The position numbers were made by a program, and so were the translations under genes. From the NCBI GenBank assembly GCA_044356325.1, contig JBIKWJ010000002.1, forward strand, positions 94,327 through 158,326: a stretch of DNA of 64,000 nt, given 5' to 3'. The stretch is from Minisyncoccia bacterium. Its GTDB lineage: Bacteria > Patescibacteriota > Minisyncoccia > SW-4-49-11. Of the stretch, positions 9,308 to 18,862 are shown piece after piece (the stretch's first letter is position 1; each line of letters opens with the position of its first letter). The notes below the pieces were generated by a model that saw only the letters and a list, made by a program, of their open reading frames with translations, did no database searches and was not told where the DNA came from.

Positions 9308-10648
9308 CTACACCCCCTGCTTATTTTGCAATATTACTTTTAACACCTCTTCTTTACTAGTAGTGACTGTGAATAAACATAAGTCTTTATTATTAATAGT
9401 TCGCTCCTCTTTATCCAAAACTTCTCTCATATATTTTACCAGTGGTGCCCAAAATTCATCATCATAAAGAATTAAAGAAATAGGATCTGCTTTATGAGTC
9501 TGGACGAGGGTTAAAACTTCGAATAACTGATGCAATGTACCCAAACCTCCTGGGCAGAATAGATATTGATTAGTAGGTCCTGTTAAGATAAATTGCCTTG
9601 TAAAGGGGAATCTAAAGTGAATAGAATCACTTACATAATTGTTCATTGTTTTTCCTGCTTGATGCAAAAGAGTTGCAAAAGCTGGTTTTCCGGCTTCAGC
9701 AGAGGCTTTATTAGCTGCCTCAGCGATTCCAAAACCTCCTCCTGTGAGAATACTAAAGTCATATTTGATTAATTCCTGTGCAATGACATAGGTATCCTGA
9801 TAATAATGACTATCTTGTGATACTTTATTACTTCCGAGTATTGTCACATTTTTAGGTAAAGATTCCAAGAATTCAAGCCCTTCTACTAATTCCGCCATAA
9901 TCCGGAATATTCTCCAGTTTATACTAGAGATAGCATTAGTATTAGTCATATTATCTAGAAAATTAGGATGATCCTCTGTGTGTTTGATAATCTCATAAGC
10001 CTCTTCGGCAGTTTCTACTATATGTAGCATTTCTAAATCCTCAGGCTTAATGGCTCCAAAAATTTGATGACAGGTGTCTTTTAAGAAGCTTACCAAAGGA
10101 GTCCAAAACTCCACTCCCACCAAAATCACTGGCACTTTTTGAGTAAATCCCAGAGCCATTTCATTTAAAACTTGGAATAATTCATCCAATGTCCCATAAC
10201 CTCCTTGGAAATATACAAAAGCCTGCGAAGGGGTGGTAAGCATTACTTTACGAGTAAAGAAATAACTAAATTCTACTGAATCTGTCACATAAGGGTTAAT
10301 TTTTTGTTCTATTGGAAGCTCAATCCCGAGCCCAATAGAATCACCTTTTACTTGAAAAGCCCCACGATTAGCAGCCTCCATAATACCAGGTCCTCCTCCT
10401 GTAATCACAGTATAATTATTGAGTCCTAATAATTCCCCTAATTTACGTGCTTTTATATAATATTGATCATCTTCATGAGTACGGGCTGAGCCAAATATCG
10501 TAACTTCATTTTTGTATTTTGCCATCAAATCATAACCCTCTACAAATTCCGCCATTACCTTGAATAATTTCCAAGAATCTGTTTGGGCGAGCTGATAGGG
10601 AGCTCCTATGGCGTCTTGAAGAGTTTTGAGTTTTTCGGTATATGCCAT
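9308..10648 (-). CDS. LOG family (TIGR00730-like) protein with two tandem domains
   Basis: FGSAR, TGGGPGIMEAAN, GGYGTLDE; second copy TGGGFGIAEAAN, PGGLGTLHQ. Confidence 0.85.
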   Translation of the reverse strand: MAYTEKLKTLQDAIGAPYQLAQTDSWKLFKVMAEFVEGYDLMAKYKNEVTIFGSARTHEDDQYYIKARKLGELLGLNNYTVITGGGPGIMEAANRGAFQVKGDSIGLGIELPIEQKINPYVTDSVEFSYFFTRKVMLTTPSQAFVYFQGGYGTLDELFQVLNEMALGFTQKVPVILVGVEFWTPLVSFLKDTCHQIFGAIKPEDLEMLHIVETAEEAYEIIKHTEDHPNFLDNMTNTNAISSINWRIFRIMAELVEGLEFLESLPKNVTILGSNKVSQDSHYYQDTYVIAQELIKYDFSILTGGGFGIAEAANKASAEAGKPAFATLLHQAGKTMNNYVSDSIHFRFPFTRQFILTGPTNQYLFCPGGLGTLHQLFEVLTLVQTHKADPISLILYDDEFWAPLVKYMREVLDKEERTINNKDLCLFTVTTSKEEVLKVILQNKQGV

Positions 10649-10670
10649 AATTTTGTTTTGAATAATTGAG

Positions 10671-10886
10671 TGGGTGTCTCCGACCCCTTTCAGGTTCAAT
10701 CGTTTAATTCTTTGCTTTTAATTTCTCATCCGATATCTGATTGCATCCTATTCCGCAGTGTCTCCGATTGGGATCTCAGTCGCTATCGCTCTTTGGAAAC
10801 CCACGGTTTCCAACACTCGGAGTAAACTCCTCGCTGCCTTCCTTCACGGGGAACTCCCGTTCCCCGACCCCCTCCCAGTTCGATCC
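10671..10886 (-). repeat. Two tRNA-3'-linked elements after tRNA-Arg
   Basis: 10758-10775 is an exact copy of tRNA 10945-10962; inverted GTTCGATCC at 10878-10886; internally deleted second unit at 10671-10701. Confidence 0.75.
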
Positions 10887-10945
10887 TTTAAGTATTTGCT
10901 TTTAATTAATATTTCGATTTCTGGTTTTTTACTCGTTTGCGGGGG

Positions 10946-11019
10946 TGTCTCCGATTGGGATCGAACCAATAACCTACAGCTTAGAAGGCTGTTGCTCTAT
11001 CCGATTGAGCTACAGAGAC
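10946..11019 (-). tRNA. tRNA-Arg(UCU)
   Basis: Cloverleaf, anticodon loop CTTCTAA, GGTTCGATCC T-arm. Confidence 0.94.
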
Positions 11020-11087
11020 GATATCACAAGATATTATATCAATTTTTAGAATTTTTAGCAAGAAAAGGTGTTACGCTTAAATTTGTC

Positions 11088-11205
11088 GTAGGGGCGACCT
11101 TTCAGTCGCCAGTCCACACCCGTCACTTCGTGACACCCTCGCCAGCGAGGGACAGTTATTTTGTCCTCCCTTGGGGGAGGTGGCACGAAGTGACGGAGGA
11201 GGACA
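11088..11205. repeat. REP D plus two double-hairpin elements (inverted copy of 2916-3037)
   Basis: Direct sequence comparison. Confidence 0.8.
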
Positions 11206-11230
11206 TTCCTCACAATTTATAATCAATCCA

Positions 11231-13234
11231 CTACCATTCAGGATCATAGTCAGTATAAGTGAGAGATAATTGCTCTAAGAGATGATCTGGTATCTCGGTA
11301 ATAAATCGTGAAGAGGGATTGGATTGAATTTGCCCAAATATACGCCTGAGTTGAGTATATGTCATATATAGCTTATCCTTGGCTCTGGTAATACCAACAT
11401 AACATAGTCGACGCTCTTCCTCTAATTCTTTATGGGAGATAAGACTTCGAGAGTGGGGGAGTATACCTTCTTCCATACCAATCATAAATACCACCGGGAA
11501 TTCAAGCCCCTTAGCAGCATGATATGTCATCAAAGTGACCGCTTGAGTAGCCTGCATTCCATCAATATCAGATAATAAGGCGGTTTCTTGCAAGAATTCA
11601 TATAAAGCCTCCTCCACAGGGAGATTATCAAATTTCTGTGTTACCGTGAACAATTCTTCAATATATTCCATTCTAGCTTCATTTTCTTTGCTTTTTTCCC
11701 AATGGCTAGTATATTGGGTGATTTTCAAGATATCTGCTACCAATTGAGATAGGGTATACTTATCTCTCTCAAAAGCCCCCTTAAGCTCAAAAATTTGCTC
11801 ACAGAAGACCATTATTCCTCTTCGGGCTCCTCCAGTAATCTTGAGAGAATATTTGTCCGTATGGGTCAATAATTCGAGCAAGTCGATATTTTGCTCATTT
11901 TCATTACTTTCAGAATAGGCGTGTAGGATTTTGTCTATACTAGCCTTACCGACTGATCGCTTTGGCACATTGATAATACGCCGAAAAGAAGCCGTGTCAT
12001 TGGTATTATATAAGAATTTGAGATAGGCAAGGAGATCTTTGATTTCGGCTCTCTCATAGAATTTAGTACCTCCCACAATTTGATAGGGGATTCTCAGCTG
12101 CAAAAAGGCTTCTTCCAAAGCTCGAGATTGAGCATTAGTGCGATACAAACAAGCAAATCCTGACAAAGTATATTTACCTTTACCCACCAAGTCTTTGATG
12201 GTACGAGCCACAAATAAACTTTCTTGATATTCGTTTTCCGCCTCCACCAAATGAATTAATTCTCCCGATTCTTTATCTGTCCAAAGATTTTTATCTTTTT
12301 TCTGGGTATTTTTATCAATTACCTGATTGGCAGCATCCAGAATAATTTGGGTAGAGCGATAATTCTGCTCTAATAATACCACCTTGGTATCTTTATAATC
12401 TTTTTCAAAATTCAAGATATTCTTGTAGTCCGCCCCTCTCCAAGAATAAATAGCCTGAAAATCATCTCCCACCACACAAAGATTCTTATATTTATGTGCC
12501 AATAATTTTACCAATTCATATTGAGCCTGATTGGTATCCTGATACTCATCAATCATAATATAACGGTATCTATCCTGATAACGCGCCAAGACATCTGCAA
12601 ATTCTTTGAATAATATTACCGTATTCATAATAATATCATCAAAATCCATGGCATTATTCTTGCGTAATTGCTTCTGATATTCCTGATATAATTCAATAGC
12701 TAATTCCTCGAGGGGAGTAGTGGGATTATAGTCAGCAAATTGACTAGCAGTAATGAGATTGTTTTTAGCCTTAGAGATAATATATTGTATAGAAGCTGGT
12801 TTAACCTGATCTTTTGGAATATCTCGTTTTTTGAGCAAATCCTTGATAATATTCTGGCTATCTGTAGTGTCATAAATCAAAAATGACTTATCATAACCCA
12901 AAGCCTCAGCCTCACGGTGAAGAATATTCAGACAAACGGAGTGAAAGGTCCCTACCATAGGCATAGCAGGCACATTATCTCCAAAAGAGGTCTCAAGCAA
13001 ATGTTTTACTCGCTCCTTCATCTCTTTTGCCGCCTTATTAGTAAAGGTTACCGCTAAAATACTATAGGGAGATATTCCCTGAGCAATCATATAGGCAATA
13101 CGCTTAGTAAGCGTAGAAGTCTTCCCTGAACCCGCTCCAGCTAATACCAAAACAGGACCTTCTATGGTCTGGGCTGCTTCTAATTGTTTATCATTAAGTC
13201 CTTGGAGAATAGGATGAATTTTGTCTTTTGGCAT
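11231..13234 (-). CDS. pcrA: UvrD/PcrA DNA helicase
   Basis: AGAGSGKT, DEYQD, GDDFQAIY, NYRS, KGLEF, EERRLCYV motifs. Confidence 0.95.
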   Translation of the reverse strand: MPKDKIHPILQGLNDKQLEAAQTIEGPVLVLAGAGSGKTSTLTKRIAYMIAQGISPYSILAVTFTNKAAKEMKERVKHLLETSFGDNVPAMPMVGTFHSVCLNILHREAEALGYDKSFLIYDTTDSQNIIKDLLKKRDIPKDQVKPASIQYIISKAKNNLITASQFADYNPTTPLEELAIELYQEYQKQLRKNNAMDFDDIIMNTVILFKEFADVLARYQDRYRYIMIDEYQDTNQAQYELVKLLAHKYKNLCVVGDDFQAIYSWRGADYKNILNFEKDYKDTKVVLLEQNYRSTQIILDAANQVIDKNTQKKDKNLWTDKESGELIHLVEAENEYQESLFVARTIKDLVGKGKYTLSGFACLYRTNAQSRALEEAFLQLRIPYQIVGGTKFYERAEIKDLLAYLKFLYNTNDTASFRRIINVPKRSVGKASIDKILHAYSESNENEQNIDLLELLTHTDKYSLKITGGARRGIMVFCEQIFELKGAFERDKYTLSQLVADILKITQYTSHWEKSKENEARMEYIEELFTVTQKFDNLPVEEALYEFLQETALLSDIDGMQATQAVTLMTYHAAKGLEFPVVFMIGMEEGILPHSRSLISHKELEEERRLCYVGITRAKDKLYMTYTQLRRIFGQIQSNPSSRFITEIPDHLLEQLSLTYTDYDPEW

Positions 13235-13276
13235 TATATATCAATATTATATTTTTTCTTTGGTACAAGGTAATTA

Positions 13277-13350
13277 TGGAGACTCCAAGCAGACTCGCAC
13301 TGCTGTAGAGGGTTTTGCAGACCCTTGCCTAACTTCTCGGCCATGGAGCC
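13277..13350 (-). tRNA. tRNA-Cys(GCA)
   Basis: Anticodon GCA, U73, encoded CCA; atypical T-loop (TGCGAGT) and D-loop without GG. Confidence 0.88.
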
Positions 13351-13471
13351 AATTACGGCTTTTAGTATAGCATAGATTCAGTTTTTAGGGAAATAGTAAG
13401 GAAAGAAAAAAGCCCACCGTCCGAAAACGGGGGTTGGGGGGGGCTTGGCATGGTATCCAGCGGAGGTAAGA

Positions 13472-13702
13472 CTAAAATACATTACCTCTTGTGAAGAGGT
13501 TGTATACCCAGCCCCCTCTCAAAGGGCCCCACCAATTACCATTATTTGGAAATGCCGGCAGTGTCCGTACAAAACCCCATCTATCTTGGGGGTAATAATA
13601 TCCTGCTTCACCCGTGTTACACCATGCTATATTCCCAATGTAGCCACCTTTCGCTGAAATGTAGCAAAAATCGTTTGGTAGGGTGTTTTGGGCATTAGTC
13701 AT
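13472..13702 (-). CDS. Small aromatic/Gly-rich hypothetical protein (ORFan cassette)
   Basis: TTGACAAAATAAGAGGAGTGTGGTATAGT promoter; C-tract and terminator at 13405-13447. Confidence 0.55.
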   Translation of the reverse strand: MTNAQNTLPNDFCYISAKGGYIGNIAWCNTGEAGYYYPQDRWGFVRTLPAFPNNGNWWGPLRGGWVYNLFTRGNVF

Positions 13703-13907
13703 AGTGACCAATCTCTTTGATAAAGGGTCGATAAAACTATACCACACTCCTCTTATTTTGTCAAGATGCGTTGTAATTTATTTATAATAATTATATCTAT
13801 TTTATCATTATTATAGCTTATTTGCTTATCTTTATACAATATTATATTTTGTTATAATTTTATGTTTTATTATTATACATTTTAACTTTCGTAGTGCTTT
13901 TGTCCTA

Positions 13908-14023
13908 AAATTCCCCTCGTTGAGGGGTGGACAGCTTCGCTGGACGGGGTGGAGTACTTTTATATTCGTAGGGTTTTTGTCCCTCCTATATTTATTTAGA
14001 AAAAACGACCTCTCAGTCGCCCG
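13908..14023. repeat. Type A element plus REP D interrupted by a nested insert
   Basis: AATTCCCCTCGTTGAGGGGTGG..GGGGTGGAG; GTAGGG[insert]CGACCTCTCAGTCGCCC. Confidence 0.75.
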
Positions 14024-14112
14024 AAACCTAACCCCAAAACTTGACAAAAAAACACTACTATTATAAAATATATTTACATTTGGCGTTAGCCACGTCCCTC
14101 GTTTGCGAGGGC

Positions 14113-14315
14113 TCATTGATAAAGATTTATAAACCCTTCTTTTACTTTAGCAAAATCTATTTCATTCAAAGACCCCATTTTGTTATGTAGTCTCCTATAA
14201 TCAATTGTTCTGACCTGCTGTAAACAAGCTGTTATTCTCTTACCTTGATATTCATAGGCCACATACCAAGTACCTGTTTTATTTTTGGTAGTTGTAGGAA
14301 TAACCAAATATGTCC
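14113..14315 (-). pseudogene. 5'-truncated PemK/MazF-like toxin gene
   Basis: LVIPTTTK..ACLQQVRTIDYRRL matches the PemK-family C-terminal half; the N-terminal part is replaced by a repeat at 14316-14379. Confidence 0.65.
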
Positions 14316-14426
14316 ATTTATCTACCGTAGGTAGAAAGGAGGACATTAAAACGCTCCACCCCGTCAGGTAAGCCTGCCCAAAAAAAAACTCTATGCTATA
14401 ATATGGCTATATGCTAAATATTCTCT

Positions 14427-15017
14427 ATGCCCAAGCTAAAATCATCATCCTATACCTTCTCCCCCTCACAGGAGGGGACTTTACCGTTTGACGCTAATGC
14501 TAAGCGCAATGTCACTGATCAATTGGCCTGGGCGAAGCGAGAGGATATACTAGAGACTATTAATGAGAACAAAATCCCTATATCACTCTTACTTGTGAAT
14601 ATTGAGCGGGATAATAATATTGGCAATATTATTAGATCAGCCAATACCTTTGGGGTAGAGGAGGTGTTGATTTATGGGCGTAAGAAATTTGACCGCCGTA
14701 CTAGTGTGGGAGCGGAATTTTTTATGAAATTCCGGCATATTCGGTTTATTGAGGAATTAAAGCCTCTACGACAAGAATTTGATATTATATTAGGTCTAGA
14801 GCAAACTCCTGATTCAGTAGAATTACATAATTATCAGTGGCCACAAAATGCTAAAATACTGATTGCTATTGGTCATGAGGGTACAGGTATCCCCCCAGAA
14901 GTGTTGAGTTTATGTGATCAAACCCTTGAGATAGAACAATACGGCACGACTAGATCCCTGAATGTATCAGTTGCCACGGGTATTGTGATGTATGATTATC
15001 GGGTGAAAAATCTTTAG
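14427..15017 (+). CDS. TrmH/SpoU family RNA methyltransferase
   Basis: NIGNIIRSA, GHEGTGI, SLNVSVA motifs. Confidence 0.9.
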   Translation: MPKLKSSSYTFSPSQEGTLPFDANAKRNVTDQLAWAKREDILETINENKIPISLLLVNIERDNNIGNIIRSANTFGVEEVLIYGRKKFDRRTSVGAEFFMKFRHIRFIEELKPLRQEFDIILGLEQTPDSVELHNYQWPQNAKILIAIGHEGTGIPPEVLSLCDQTLEIEQYGTTRSLNVSVATGIVMYDYRVKNL

Positions 15018-15112
15018 TTATAAAACTTGATACCCACTATTAAAACTGGGGTTTTTATTATATTTCAAATTAATAAAAACCGACTGCAAAGCAGTCGGTG
15101 ATGAAAAAGTAA

Positions 15113-15277
15113 TTAGAAAGAGGGGGGAGGGATAGGCATACCCCACTGAAGCATAAGTTGCTCATGACTAACAAGAGCATATCTAGCTTCTTCACTGTCG
15201 GGTGAAGTATTGTATCTTTGTCTCAAAATATTTAACCAATAAACAAAATGTTGAACAACAGGATGATTAACATCCAT
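15113..15277 (-). CDS. Small hypothetical protein (ORFan cassette)
   Basis: GGAGG RBS; TTGATA..TGTGGTATAGT promoter; terminator CCGACTGC/GCAGTCGG. Confidence 0.6.
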   Translation of the reverse strand: MDVNHPVVQHFVYWLNILRQRYNTSPDSEEARYALVSHEQLMLQWGMPIPPPSF

Positions 15278-15442
15278 AACATCCTCCAAAGAGCAAATTG
15301 TAAAAAAACTATACCACAAATCTTAAATTTTATCAAAAATTATTAGCTTTTTTAGTTATCTTTACATAATATTATATTTTGTCATTATTTTTTGTTTTAT
15401 TATTATACATTTTAACTTTCGTAAGAGCACCTTGCTCTAAAG

Positions 15443-15571
15443 ATTCCCCTCTCCACCTACGGTCGATAAATTGAGGGCTTTCGTCCCTCCCATACTTTAG
15501 TTTGGGAGGGGGTCGACAGCTTCGCTGGACGGGGTGGAGTGCTTTTGTATTCGTAGGGGCAACCTTTCAGG
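15443..15571. repeat. Type A element with two nested inserts, plus partial REP D
   Basis: CCCCTCT[CCACCTACGGTCGATAAAT]TGAGGG[CTTTCGTCCCTCCC..GGGAGGG]..GGGGTGGAG. Confidence 0.8.
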
Positions 15572-15724
15572 CTCCTATATATTATGGTATTAGAGATATT
15601 CTTATTATTAAAACCTTAGGAGATAGTAATCTCTCTTATCTACAATCTCCTCATCTCATACAAGCTATTGACAAAATAAAAATTAGTCATATACTTATAT
15701 ATGATGTTTCACATTTAAAAAGCC

Positions 15725-15829
15725 ATGTTTTTCACAACTCTAGCAGTACTTTTAGGAGGTCCACTCCTATGGGTCATGTGGGGAATACTAGCCATGTGGA
15801 AAGAAATCCCAAATGATCCTATCGTATAG
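15725..15829 (+). CDS. 34-aa single-TM peptide (below ORF-track cutoff)
   Basis: MFFTTLAVLLGGPLLWVMWGILAMWKEIPNDPIV; TTGACA promoter at 15668; terminator at 15865-15898. Confidence 0.55.
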   Translation: MFFTTLAVLLGGPLLWVMWGILAMWKEIPNDPIV

Positions 15830-15964
15830 CGATACGATAAATTTATTCTTATTATTTATAAATTAAAGACCAGATGCCCTCGCGTATCTGGTCTTTTTAT
15901 ATCTCCATTTACAAAGATATCTCAATATATTATACTATATGAGCTCCTTCAATACCCCTCCTCA

Positions 15965-16231
15965 ATGGAAAGATTAGAACTTAGACTACCCCAAAGACTA
16001 GTAGATAGATTTCATGGTCATTCTAAAACAGCTGAGCGTACTGTTAGTGATGCTGGACGAGATGCTTTAAGTTTGTATTTGAGCATAGTATCTCTTCTAG
16101 AACGAAGGGGTGAACCTATCGTAATAGAGATAAATCCCTCCCTAAGCTACTTCACAGTACTACATGATCAAGCTGACAAAGATAAACCAGAGTATACACC
16201 TCTCTTTCCCTTCCTCAAACCCATCTCTTGA
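15965..16231 (+). CDS. Hypothetical protein, possible ribbon-helix-helix N-terminus (ORFan cassette)
   Basis: RLELRLP..TVSDAGRDALSLYL pattern; TTTACA..TATACT promoter. Confidence 0.55.
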   Translation: MERLELRLPQRLVDRFHGHSKTAERTVSDAGRDALSLYLSIVSLLERRGEPIVIEINPSLSYFTVLHDQADKDKPEYTPLFPFLKPIS

Positions 16232-16239
16232 TGGGTTTT

Positions 16240-16584
16240 TTATTTTTCTTCCTCTAATTCATCTAATAGCTTATCTAGCTCATAAGCTTCGAGAGCCTCG
16301 CTATCAATTTCAAATCTCAGTTCCGGAGAGCGACCTCTTGAGAGTATATCGGCCAGGAAATATTCATATTCTTTATGCGTCTTACGAAGCTTTTGTAATA
16401 CAGTACCTTGTTTGTCATTCGGGAAAACTGTCACCTTGATATCTGCTACTTGCAAATCCGCACTCACAATCACTCTTGATACGGTAACCAGAATTCCAGG
16501 GTCCACATCTAATTCTCGGAGTAGCAATAGGGATAATTGCTCCTGTATAAGTTGTTGATAACGAATTAAATGTCTGTCTGCCAT
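16240..16584 (-). CDS. rbfA: Ribosome-binding factor A
   Basis: VTVSRV.VSADL, PELRFEID; directly after infB. Confidence 0.9.
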   Translation of the reverse strand: MADRHLIRYQQLIQEQLSLLLLRELDVDPGILVTVSRVIVSADLQVADIKVTVFPNDKQGTVLQKLRKTHKEYEYFLADILSRGRSPELRFEIDSEALEAYELDKLLDELEEEK

Positions 16585-16587
16585 TAT

Positions 16588-18084
16588 TTATTTTTTAATC
16601 TGTTCATAGACATAGAGTATATCTCCCTCTATTGGAGTGGTTTTCTTAAAAGAACAAGAAATTACCATTCCACATTCATTTCCGTCTGAGACATCAGATA
16701 CATCTTGTTTATCTTGTTGAAGATTAGTCAATTTACCCTGTACAATAACCTTGCCTTCGGAATTCTCTATTTCAATCAGACCATTACGTACCATACGCCC
16801 TGTGCGTACAATTCCTCCCAAAATAAGACTTTTTTTATCTTCCTTGAATACTTTCAATACTTTGAGTTCCCCGAGATCGGTTCTGGTCACTTTTGGACCT
16901 TCTAATTGAATGATTTGGTCTCGAATTTCATCGATTAATTCATATATCAGTCGATAATATTTAATAGCCACATCCTTGAGGTCTGCTAATTCTTTTATTT
17001 TCTTATCCTGTTTGATTCCAAATCCAAGTATTACAGCTTGCTGTACTTTTGCTTGAGCAATATCATTAGCGGTAATATCTCCTACTTCTCGTCCCACAAT
17101 GGTAATTTTGATATCTAATTGCACAATTTGCCCAAGAGCATATTCTATAGCATCTAGAGACCCGATAGAATCGGCTTTAATAATAAGGTTAAGAGTTTTC
17201 TCTTTTTCGAGTAGAGATTGAATAACTGGATTATTAGCTGGAGGTATTTTGGCCGCTTCAATCAAAGCCATAGCATCATTTTCTGAGGCTACTACACGAA
17301 ATTCATCTCCGGCTGAGGCCACATTTTTTAGCCCCAATATTCGAGCAGGCTCAGCGGGTAAAGCCTCTTTTATCATAGTTCCTGAATCATTGGTCATACG
17401 GCGAATTTTACCATATACCGTATTCCCGACTAATAGCACATCCCCTAATTTTAATTTTCCATTTAATACCACAATATCAGATAAAGGTCCTGCCTTAGAG
17501 TCAAGGAATGACTCCAAAACAAATCCATCAGTTGCGGATGGGTCATAATTAGCTTTAAGCTCTTCTACTTCAGCTACCAGAGCTATCATTTCGAGAAGTT
17601 CTGGGATACCCTCCCCGCTAACAGAAGATACATTTTGTACAATAGTTTGCCCTCCCCATTCCTCAGGAGTTAAGTCTAATTCTGCCAAATCAGCTTTTAT
17701 CTTATCGAGTACGAGATTTGGCTTATCAATTTTGGTAATAGCTACAATAATAGGTAATTGAGTACTTTTGGCAAGTTCAATAGCCTCAAGAGTTTGTGGT
17801 TTCACACCTTCGTCTCCTGCAATAACAATAATAATAATATCTGCCGTTCTAATCCCACGACTTCGAATAGATTTAAAGGCTTCATGACCAGGAGTATCAA
17901 TAAATGTTATAGTAGCATCTTTGTGAGATACCTGATAAGACCCAATATGTTGGGTAATACCTCCAGCTTCACCCGCAGTCACATTAGCCTTACGAATATA
18001 ATCGAGAAGACTGGTTTTCCCATGATCAATATGTCCCATAATGGTGACAATTGGAGGGCGAGGCTGAATAGTGGAATCTGACAT
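16588..18084 (-). CDS. infB: Translation initiation factor IF-2 (short form)
   Basis: PRPPIVTIMGHIDHGKT, EAGGITQHIG, DTPGHEAF, ECGM motifs. Confidence 0.96.
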   Translation of the reverse strand: MSDSTIQPRPPIVTIMGHIDHGKTSLLDYIRKANVTAGEAGGITQHIGSYQVSHKDATITFIDTPGHEAFKSIRSRGIRTADIIIIVIAGDEGVKPQTLEAIELAKSTQLPIIVAITKIDKPNLVLDKIKADLAELDLTPEEWGGQTIVQNVSSVSGEGIPELLEMIALVAEVEELKANYDPSATDGFVLESFLDSKAGPLSDIVVLNGKLKLGDVLLVGNTVYGKIRRMTNDSGTMIKEALPAEPARILGLKNVASAGDEFRVVASENDAMALIEAAKIPPANNPVIQSLLEKEKTLNLIIKADSIGSLDAIEYALGQIVQLDIKITIVGREVGDITANDIAQAKVQQAVILGFGIKQDKKIKELADLKDVAIKYYRLIYELIDEIRDQIIQLEGPKVTRTDLGELKVLKVFKEDKKSLILGGIVRTGRMVRNGLIEIENSEGKVIVQGKLTNLQQDKQDVSDVSDGNECGMVISCSFKKTTPIEGDILYVYEQIKK

Positions 18085-18089
18085 AATAT

Positions 18090-18572
18090 CTAAAGTTTAT
18101 TGATGAGTGGGGTATTAATAGCTGAGGCTAGTACCGCCGTTTCCTCTTCGCTGAGAGTTTGAGCTGAGCGACCTTTTTCTATTGCCTTAGCATAGGAGCG
18201 ACCTCCTTGCTCTCGAGTCGCAATATAAGTGAGTAATATACCTGAGTTTTCATTATTCAAGAGGGCAGTAGTAAAACTCGTATCACCACCCATATCCGCA
18301 AAGGGATTAAATCGTTTAATCGCAACTTTATGCACAGTATAATTAAGAATTGTACTATGGGATTGTAATTCTGTAAAGATTTTATCAAGTTTTTTATCAA
18401 TAGTTTGGAATTTTTGGGAATATGATTCCAATAATTGATCCACATTATCTATAGTCTCAGATTGGAATACTCCCTTAATTTTATTCTGTAAAAATCGAAC
18501 TCTCCACAAGCTATACCCAGCTAAGGCAAGAGAGGCAATGCTCAGAATAATGAAAAAGATATCCAATACCAT
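18090..18572 (-). CDS. DUF4446-like membrane-anchored protein
   Basis: N-terminal TM; RFNPFADMGG, SYAK, LSEEE motifs. Confidence 0.75.
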   Translation of the reverse strand: MVLDIFFIILSIASLALAGYSLWRVRFLQNKIKGVFQSETIDNVDQLLESYSQKFQTIDKKLDKIFTELQSHSTILNYTVHKVAIKRFNPFADMGGDTSFTTALLNNENSGILLTYIATREQGGRSYAKAIEKGRSAQTLSEEETAVLASAINTPLINKL

Positions 18573-18648
18573 ATCACCTTGATAAATACTATTAATACCT
18601 TTATAATACAACTATTCAAGCCTTTTGACAAGTGAAGCATACTATTAA

Positions 18649-18851
18649 TGTCCTCCTTTCTACCTACGGCAGATAAATGGAGGAGGTGGCACGGAGTGCC
18701 GGAGGTGGATTGAGCTAAAATTCCCCTCTTGAGGGGTGACAGGCTTGCCTGGCGGGGTGGAAAAACAAAATATTAATAATAACAAAACCCTTCCACCCCG
18801 TCTCCCTACTATGTAAACATAGCAGGAATCCACCCCTCAAGAGGGGAATTT
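18649..18851. repeat. Type B (with insert F) plus an inverted pair of type A (one with insert K)
   Basis: Direct sequence inspection. Confidence 0.8.
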
Positions 18852-18862
18852 AATACCACCCT

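Noticed and set aside
10758-11222. 154-aa ORF, and similar ORFs at 15502, 21722, 30213, 41345 and 9149
   Set aside because: They run through tRNAs or palindromic repeats and are translation artefacts.
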